Assembly: GCA_000165425.1 (NCBI GenBank)
Contig: CT868036.1
Location: forward strand, 124,001 to 188,000
Source of the DNA: Paramecium tetraurelia
Lineage: Eukaryota
DNA length: 64,000 nucleotides
Direction of reading: 5' to 3'
Position numbers and translations under genes: made by a program. The number at the start of each line of letters is the position of its first letter. Position 1 is the stretch's first letter. Of this stretch, positions 56,095 to 64,000 are shown in pieces. The notes below the pieces were generated by a model, which had not been told where the DNA came from, searched no databases, and was given only the letters and a program-made list of their open reading frames with translations.

Positions 56095-59000
56095 ATGAAT
56101 TCAATTATTACCATTTTAACTACTTTACTTATTAAATCTTTAGCTTAAGTCATAATAGTTTATGATTAGAAGAATGACACAATTTAATAAACAGCTAATA
56201 CTATTACTTTCAATATTACTGCAACTTTTCCAACATCCTCAGATGTATAAGTGGATGTCTAATTGCCAAGTCAAATTATTGGCCAAGAAAACATTGTATG
56301 TGGTGTAACAGGTTTGACCAATGGAGCTTGTAATTTAGTTTACAGTAAATTTATAATTACTTTCAAATCTGCAACACCTACTTTCTAAATTATTTTTATC
56401 AATGTAAACAATCCGATAACTACATATACTGATCAAGTTCAATTAAATGCTTCAGTAATTGCTACAAAATCAGTGATCTTCACAAAGCTTGTACAACTGA
56501 AATTTCAGTTCAAAAATGTGCCTTTATCCATAATTTAACCACCTACAACCTACATTGCAGCTCCTTTAACAATAACTATAGATGGGACTTCTATTACATT
56601 CCCGACATAGTCTTAAATAATAATAACTACAAATGGTGTAATTGATAATTTAGTTAAATTGACTGGCATAGTGTTTGAATCAATAAAACTTTAAGATAGC
56701 ACAATAATCATCAATAATGTTTAACTACCATCTAATGCAAAAAGTACTTTTAGCATTTCCAAATTTATTATTAAATCTAATGAACCAATAAACTATAAAG
56801 TAGAAATATTAGACTCTAACAATGGATAAATTACCATGTTTTAAACTTCTCAAACAGTTTAAACAATCAATAATAACTATGATTACACATTGTCTGCAGA
56901 AAATTAAGTAGTTGGAATGCCAACTTCAATTAAAATCATTTTATGTAATCTAGATGAATAGAGTAAGTTTATATTTACCTCTTCAATTGCAAAACTTAAC
57001 TATGTTACTTCTTATGAATCTAGTTGTCATAGCACATTGATTTAATAATTTACTAATCCATTTTCGTTGAATTCCATTAGCTTTGATTTGTAGGTTACTC
57101 TAAATAATTTTAATAGCATCAAAAGATCTATTTCGTACACTCCAATTAAGGATTAAATATCAATGACTCTGACTTAGAACACAACTATAATGTTAAATTA
57201 TGCACTGGTTATATTATCTTTGTAATTGAATTAACAATATAGCAACTTTTTTATAGAATTGGCAAACTCCTACACAACAGATAGTTGTAAAATTTAGGAT
57301 GTAGATTGTTCTTAAATGAATAACATTTACAAATCTAATCTTTTGGAATAAAAGCTAAATAAAGTGATAATAAAACTGGAGATTTTATTACCTGGTTGCG
57401 ATTCTTATTATTTTTAGGCTAAACTCATCTATTAAAATTAAGAATTGGCCACATCTAATTAAATAACTCCATTATTAGTTAAATATAAATTAACATCAAC
57501 ATTAAGTACATCTTCATTTAATATCGGAGAAGAATCAGTTTTCACTATAAATGGTTTAGATTCAAAATAAATTACAAAATATTATGTCTCAACGACTTTA
57601 ACTGATTTAAAATGTTAAGACTGTATATAAAATGAAAATTAGTTATAATACGGTTAGGTGAACAGTATTCAATTTTCGGCCAATAATTTAAAAAATGTAA
57701 AGCCTTATACCATAACAATAATAGCATACAACGATTAATGTTTAATTGCAGAATAAATTTTTAGATAGTAAGCAATTGCACAAAAATTATAATTATCGGT
57801 AATTACTGATAATAATTATCAATAAGCCCAAGGTAATTGGCAAATAACCATTTCTCCTGATATACAGGATAAAGGTATAATGAAAACCCCATTTATTCTG
57901 CCAAATAATTAGGAAAATAAAATCAATGCCACCTCTATGTATATCAATTAGACAAAGTATACTTTAAATATGATTAATTGGTACTTTGATAAAGAAGAGA
58001 ATTATTGGGAAGTAGGATATTATAGAGAAGGATATTTATATGCATATGGCAATTTGACCTTGCCTTAATTGAATATTATGGATTTTAAGAATTTGAAGAT
58101 CACTAAACAAAATGCATAAATTAATGAAACAGATAAGGTCATTATAACTTTCGATACTTATTTCGATATCCCTGTAGATGGATAATTACAATTAGATGTA
58201 ACTGACGTGTAATTGAGCAATCTTACATTAAATGGAGTAGAAATCAATAATTAAGTTGTAATTCCTAAAGGAAATTAAGTATTAAATTTTTAAATATCGT
58301 TTATGAATCCAATTAGTAACTATTCAAAACAATTTACTCTTACTTCGTTTAATGAATTAGGAAGGATTTTATAAAAATCAAATTTTCAATATGCTTTTAA
58401 TTATGGATGCAGTATTGAATAATGTGGAGTTTGTAATTTAACTGATTGTATTTCTTGCAAATCCACATTTACATTAGTCAATAATACTTGTTAGTTAATC
58501 TGTGAAGAAAATCAGAATATTGTAAATAATACATGTGTAAATAATTAAAATAATAACACCCACAATGTAAACGATACTAATACAACAACTCCGAATAAGA
58601 CAGGCGACATAACAATTCAGCACGATGAAGATTCTTTTGTTTTTACTCCTCCAATAATTAGCCCAATCGTAGTTCTTATATACTTATTTGCTTTATCTAG
58701 GAAATGTTGGAGTAGTGAATCAGAAACTTTTATAATATTTTATTCTTTAGCATCTGTAATGGAACACATTATCCATATATTTCTTTTCATCTATTTCTTT
58801 GTTACTCTAGATTTGATTTATGGGTTTTGCATGATTTCAGTAATTGTGCTGCATTTTTCATCTCAGATTTACATAGTTTTCATGAATTTGTTTAAGATAG
58901 ATCCAGAGTATATTGGAATCCGCTAATAAAATAATTGGTTAAAGTTGCTCCATATTATTTCACTTACTTTTTGTGGAAGATTACTATTGTTATTAATAAG

Positions 59001-59262
59001 CAAATTTGACCAATCTTATGTTTGGTCTACTCCTTGGACCTTTAAAATATCTGTGCTTCAAAGGTTGTCTAACTATTTGAAATTTCAAATAATAGCTTAG
59101 ATTGGTGTATTGACTTTGGTAATATTGGCCATACTATAGAAATTATTCTTACTCTACATTGAGATTCTTAGTTTTCAAATTATACAAACCGTTGTTACAC
59201 TCTATACTTTCAACCATTTGAGAAATCAAAAAAATTAAGAAATTAGATACACATATGTATGA
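56095..59262 (+). CDS. Large surface protein: signal peptide, beta-rich ectodomain, furin-like Cys cluster, 6-7 C-terminal TM segments
   Basis: Intronless 1055-aa frame; CSIEQCGVCNLTDCISCKSTFTLVNNTC followed by multiple hydrophobic segments. Confidence 0.85.
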
Positions 59263-59377
59263 TTAAACATAGTTTTATATAAATTTATTACAGTTATTAT
59301 TTGATGATCCGAATATATTATATGATAAAAACATAAATCTTACTTTATATGTTATCTTATTCTTGATAATTATTAAA

Positions 59378-60503
59378 ATGCTGAACTAATCTAATCCCTC
59401 ACCAAAAAAAAGAATGTTATGGACAGAAAATGTATATTAGATGAATATAGTAGGAAGACAAACTCTTATAGTAGTTAGTCAATAAATTCTAAAATGAAAG
59501 ACTTGGCTGGAAAAAAATTTCTCAATCTCTCAGAAAACAAGGCTATGACAGAAATACCAAGGCTTGTAGAGAGAGATTTTTCAACCACCTTGATAATACA
59601 TTCAATAAAACAGAACTGACTACCCAGGAACTTGATAAGCTATTTGAACTCATTAAAATTCATGGTAACAAATGGGTAAAAGTTATTGATAATTAGACTT
59701 GTATTGCTGAGGAGCTCAATCATAGAACAGACTAAGATATTAAGAATAAATTTTATGCCCACATAAAAAAAGTGTTTAGGCGATTATTAAAAGCCACTTT
59801 TTAAACAACCGAAAGTATATATTTTGGCTTTATTGTAGGTTCTATAATGACAGCCAAATTACAACCATTATTGATCTCAAGCATATTTTGTTATGAAAAT
59901 GAACTGGATCAAAAATAAATTCTTATTCAAAATGATATGAAAGACCTTTTTCAGAGTCTAATAAGAAAAAATAAATCAATTTCTTAAGGAGAGCAAATAG
60001 ATGAGGAAACAAGAGAACAGGTTAAGCAAATTACTACATACTTGGATAAAGAAAAGTAATAAAAATTATAATTGTAGTTAATTATATCTCTAAAATAAAA
60101 TCACCAGAAAACAAAATAAACAAATAATTAAAACAAAACATATTATCAAAAAAACTTAATTTGCCCATAATTAATTTTAACAATAACAAATTTTAAAGAA
60201 GATCTAAATGAAGCAACCCATATTTGTGTGTTCATAAAAAAAGTTAGAATTCCCAATCATGGATTTGGATACAAAATTCTAGAATGATTTCAATTAATTT
60301 GAATTTGATAAAATATTGGAGAATGGATCTCTATTCTAACCATAACAAATTATTTCTAGTGTTCCATTCTAATGGCATTAGTCCTCTTATAAATTAGAAT
60401 TAAGCCACGTACACATTATTTTAACAACTTATAGTAATCTGAATTATCGTATATGGCCATTCAGTCAAATTCATACAATTATTCAACTATTTGGAATATT
60501 TGA
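59378..60503 (+). CDS. Two-repeat Myb DNA-binding protein
   Basis: WTENEDKLLQQLV...WKKIS...RNTKACRERFFNHL...HGNKWTCIAEELNHRTDQDIKNKFY. Five introns. Confidence 0.88.
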
Positions 60504-61358
60504 GAACTTATATTCATATTGTTATCAAATATTGACAAACTGTAGCCTCCAAAAATTTTATTTTTTATTTATCATTAATTATAAATTTGAAACTCTGAAT
60601 AAATAATTTAATTGTTTCTCCTTCATGGTTTAAATTTTAACATAAAGCAATTATTCTTGATCATGGGATGTAGATGTAAAGGACCGTAGTTCAAAAGTCT
60701 GTAAGTTATGAAAGCTTGTAGGAGTTTCAGAATTAATAATTAAAGTTGATTTTTATATTGAAATTTTGCCAAGCATATAATAAATCCCTTCCCATATTGA
60801 TTCTACTTTAATATATTATTTAAAGCATCATAAGTAGCTACAGGGAATTTATTTCGTTTAAGAGAAAAATTATTGTTCATTTTATTGAAATTCAAACCAG
60901 TCAAAATTATGTTGATGAACTTATCCATAAAATTTTAAGTCAATTCTGAATTAAATAAAAACTAATAATTGAATAACCACTAAATATTTTTTTTTAATTT
61001 CACTCCTTATATATAAGTTTTCTTGACAAAATTATAAATAAATAATATAAAAAAGGGATGAAAAATAAATTTTAAATAACACGAATAACTATTCTCAAAA
61101 AATATTTTTCATTTAACTAAACTTGATCAATATCAATAAATTTATTCATAATAGCATATAGAAATATATAGAAATTAAAATTAATGGGTAAGTTTGATTT
61201 ATTGTATTTAAAGAAATACTCTAAAGAATATTTATTTAATATTACTAGGACAATTTATTTTCTGAAATTTTTAACTATGTGTAATAAAAGGAATAAATTA
61301 AAAAAAATTGTATTTATAATTCATAAATAAAAATAACAAAATCACATTTATTTTTTCT

Positions 61359-62903
61359 TCATTTTTTTGATTTATCTCTAGAACCACTGTGATATGATTA
61401 TTTTTTGTCATATTTCTAATTTTTATATTCTTTTCTGCTCTTTAGTTTGTCCTCTTAGAATTTTTATTTATAACTACTTCTCCATTTCTTTTATTTTTTT
61501 TCTCTTTTAGAACATGAATATTTTTTTTCTTTACTTTATTTGTTATTAAGCATTTCCTTTTTTTTTGATGAGGAAATAACAGACTTATTACTAGAATTGC
61601 TAGAACTATTTGAACTATTAGAGCTACTTGAACTACTTGAACTGCTGGAGCTGCTTCTAGAATATTTTCGTTTTTTGAATTAATTCTTATTATTTTTATT
61701 TAATAGTGTATTTGAAAGAAGATTATAACATAATTATTTTACAATTGGATGAGTATATTTATTATCACCTTTGATTCCTGGTATCTATCCATTATTAATT
61801 TTATCAAATAACACTTATGTGGTCTGAAGGATCTGAACAATATTGCTTAGATTATTAGTATTCTTAGCATAATCTTCTTATTTAGTTGTCTCTTTATCTT
61901 CCTATTTAGTTGTTTCTTTATCCTCTTATTTAGATGTTTCTTTATCTTCTTATTTAGATATTTCTTTTACTTCTTGTTTAGACTAACAAAAGTCAGAAGT
62001 CTTGATTTGATTATTCTGAATTTATTCATCTTTTTTTACAGTTTCTTCTTAATCTCTAAAAATTTCATCAATATCCCATTCATCAGCTGTACTTGATTAT
62101 TATTTAACTTCAACTTGCATTTGTCCAATGGGAAAGGTTTGACAGATGGCTTTTGCAATGCTATGTTGAATTTTGAATCCCTCATACAATTCAAAAGATG
62201 GAAAATCATAAATAGTTTTGATGGATGACTATCTTCTTAGCCATTGAATTTTAAAGGTCTTAAGTTTAGGGAATTATTAATCATATACGACAAGTTGATT
62301 GATCATTTTAGCACAACCAACAAATTCATCATTATTAATAAAAATCAAAATAACATTTGCAGGGATATTGCATTCTTGCGCTAATTTAAAGTACGTGATT
62401 TCTTTGACTGTCCAAACTGAGAATCTTTTGGCATGAGCTAAATTATTTTTATTTGATTTCATGAGGTAGAAGACAGAATTGAATGTAATGAATTCATTAC
62501 AGGGAGGCTCTGGTACAAATGTTTGAAATGATTCTGTGTATTTATAATGACATTGGGAATTGATATTGAAGAAACATTTGGATTTCTGACAAAATATATT
62601 CTCACAAGTGGAGCAGATGAATTTTTAACAACAAGGAGTTGAAATTTCAAAATCTCTAGAGAAACAGGAAAGACATATATTTCTTCTTTTTGGAACTCGA
62701 ACTAATATTATCATTTGCTTGTTTCTAATTTCATCACTAATATTCAAAATCTTTTCTTCATAAAGCATTTGGATATCGTCTTTCTTGGATGTGAACATTT
62801 ATTCAATTTTGACTCTTAGGTCTCTTACTTAGATTTTGATTCCTTAAATTGGTATAGTTTAGACTTCTGAGCTGTTTTCCCATTTAAAAGTTATTGAATT
62901 CAT
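61359..62903 (-). CDS. DWNN (ubiquitin-like) + RING + YTH domain protein with Ser/Lys/Arg-rich tail (RBBP6/Mpe1-like YTH fusion)
   Basis: Intronless 514-aa frame: MNSITFKW...IILVRVP; CLSC...PCCQKFICSTC...C; FYLMKSNKNNLAHAKRFSVWT...VILIF...FVGCAKM...FKIQWL. Confidence 0.8.
61875..61985 (-). repeat. Short coding tandem repeat, 24-bp unit (KQEDKET[T/S]), about 4.5 copies
   Basis: SKQEVKEI SKQEDKET SKQEDKET TKQEDKET TKQED within the YTH-fusion gene. Confidence 0.8.
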
Positions 62904-62998
62904 TTTAAATTAATTATTAGGTAATTATTCAATTTTATTTGAATTAAATAAATGAAAAAAATGTATGTAATATTTTGTACAACACCTTTGAAATATAA

Positions 62999-64000
62999 TC
63001 AATTATAAATAAAATTGAAAGAACGTTTTTCTGTCATACCTACTGATGGACTCTTGACAGAGTTGAAACTCTTTTCGCTTGGAATGAAACTAGGATGAAC
63101 AGTCAATTAGTGAGGATTCTTTTTCTAAGATAAACCTCTACTAGATTCAAAACTATAAGATGATTGTCTTTCTTTAGATAGTGTAGGTTATCTTTCTTTG
63201 GAATGAGTGGTGGTGTGTCGTTCATTTTTGGTAAGAATTCTATCAACTTTAAAAAACTGAGGTTCTCTTTGTTTGGCTTAAGCATTTGTAGTAGTGAAAT
63301 AACTAGGTTTTGGAATGATAGCCTAAGTTAAGAATATGAATACTTTAGTATTATTTTATTTGGAGTTGTTTTTAAGATGAGAGAAATCAAAATAAAACTG
63401 TTGCTTAATCTAACTAGTAGGAGTAATATAGGACATATTTTTGGTGATTGTATTGAGATCTTCAATTAAATCTTCAGGCAATTTATGTTTCTTCTTGAGT
63501 TCTTCTGTTTCCAAATTTTATTGATATTTTTTAAACCATGGATAATTCAGCAATTCCACAACAGTTGGTCTTTCATCTGGATCAATGGTCAACATCCCAT
63601 ACAATAATGCAATAGCTTCTTTGGATATATCATGAATGATGGTAAATTCTCCTGATTGGATTCTACTATACAATTCTTAATCAGTGTCCCCTTTAAATGG
63701 AAATACTCCTTAGAGCATAGTGAATAGCACAACTCCTAATGCCCAGACATCTGACTTGTCTCCTCTGTATTCTTATCTTGTAACTATTTCTGGAGCCATG
63801 TAACTTGGAGTGCCACAAAACATTTTGACTTTCTTATCAATGGGAAAAGAAGTTGAAAATCCAAAATCTATCAATTTAGGAGTAAGTCCGTCTAACAAGA
63901 TATTTTCTAATTTGATGTCTCTATGTGCAATGTTCTTGGAATGACAATATTGAATTGCATCTAGAATTTATTTGAATATTCCTTTGGCAATTTCCTCTTC
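62999..64000 (-). CDS. CAMK-group (MARK/AMPK-like) Ser/Thr kinase; 5' end outside the window
   Basis: IAHRDIKLENILL, LIDFGFS, FCGTPSYMAPE, DVWALGV, with the tail ending SFNFIYN*. Confidence 0.9.

Noticed and set aside
60570..60930. Possible small minus-strand gene
   Set aside because: Two competing frames, no motif and no consistent start, stop or intron model.

Overview
Gene-dense, very AT-rich eukaryotic DNA from a ciliate macronuclear chromosome, almost certainly Paramecium. TAA/TAG encode Gln and TGA is the only stop, introns are ~21-35 nt GT..AG, intergenic gaps can be under 30 bp, and a trichocyst matrix protein T4 gene is present. The supplied standard-code ORF track therefore fragments nearly every gene. 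Re-reading with the ciliate code gives about 35 protein-coding genes, one tRNA-Arg(CCT) and one clear JmjC pseudogene. Recognisable genes include RRB1/GRWD1, a POLD3-like protein, two CNBD K+ channels, four kinases, two mitochondrial carriers, GRP94, HIBADH, Rab1, an AFG3-like protease, a PTP, a cyclin, a truncated haemoglobin, SmD3, a kinesin, ATG27/MPR-like, TMEM234, eIF6 and a Myb protein. The most notable observations are: (1) an RBBP6/Mpe1-type DWNN+RING protein fused to a YTH domain, suggesting m6A-coupled 3'-end processing; (2) an intact IleRS paralog whose catalytic motifs have degenerated; (3) a secreted polyprotein with seven 43-aa repeats separated by alveolate-type processing motifs; (4) a 55-aa Mim1/Tom13-like microprotein 18 bp head-to-head with the m-AAA protease; (5) recurrent +1 insertions in conserved genes, probably assembly errors. 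All calls come from manual translation and remembered family motifs; no searches were run.
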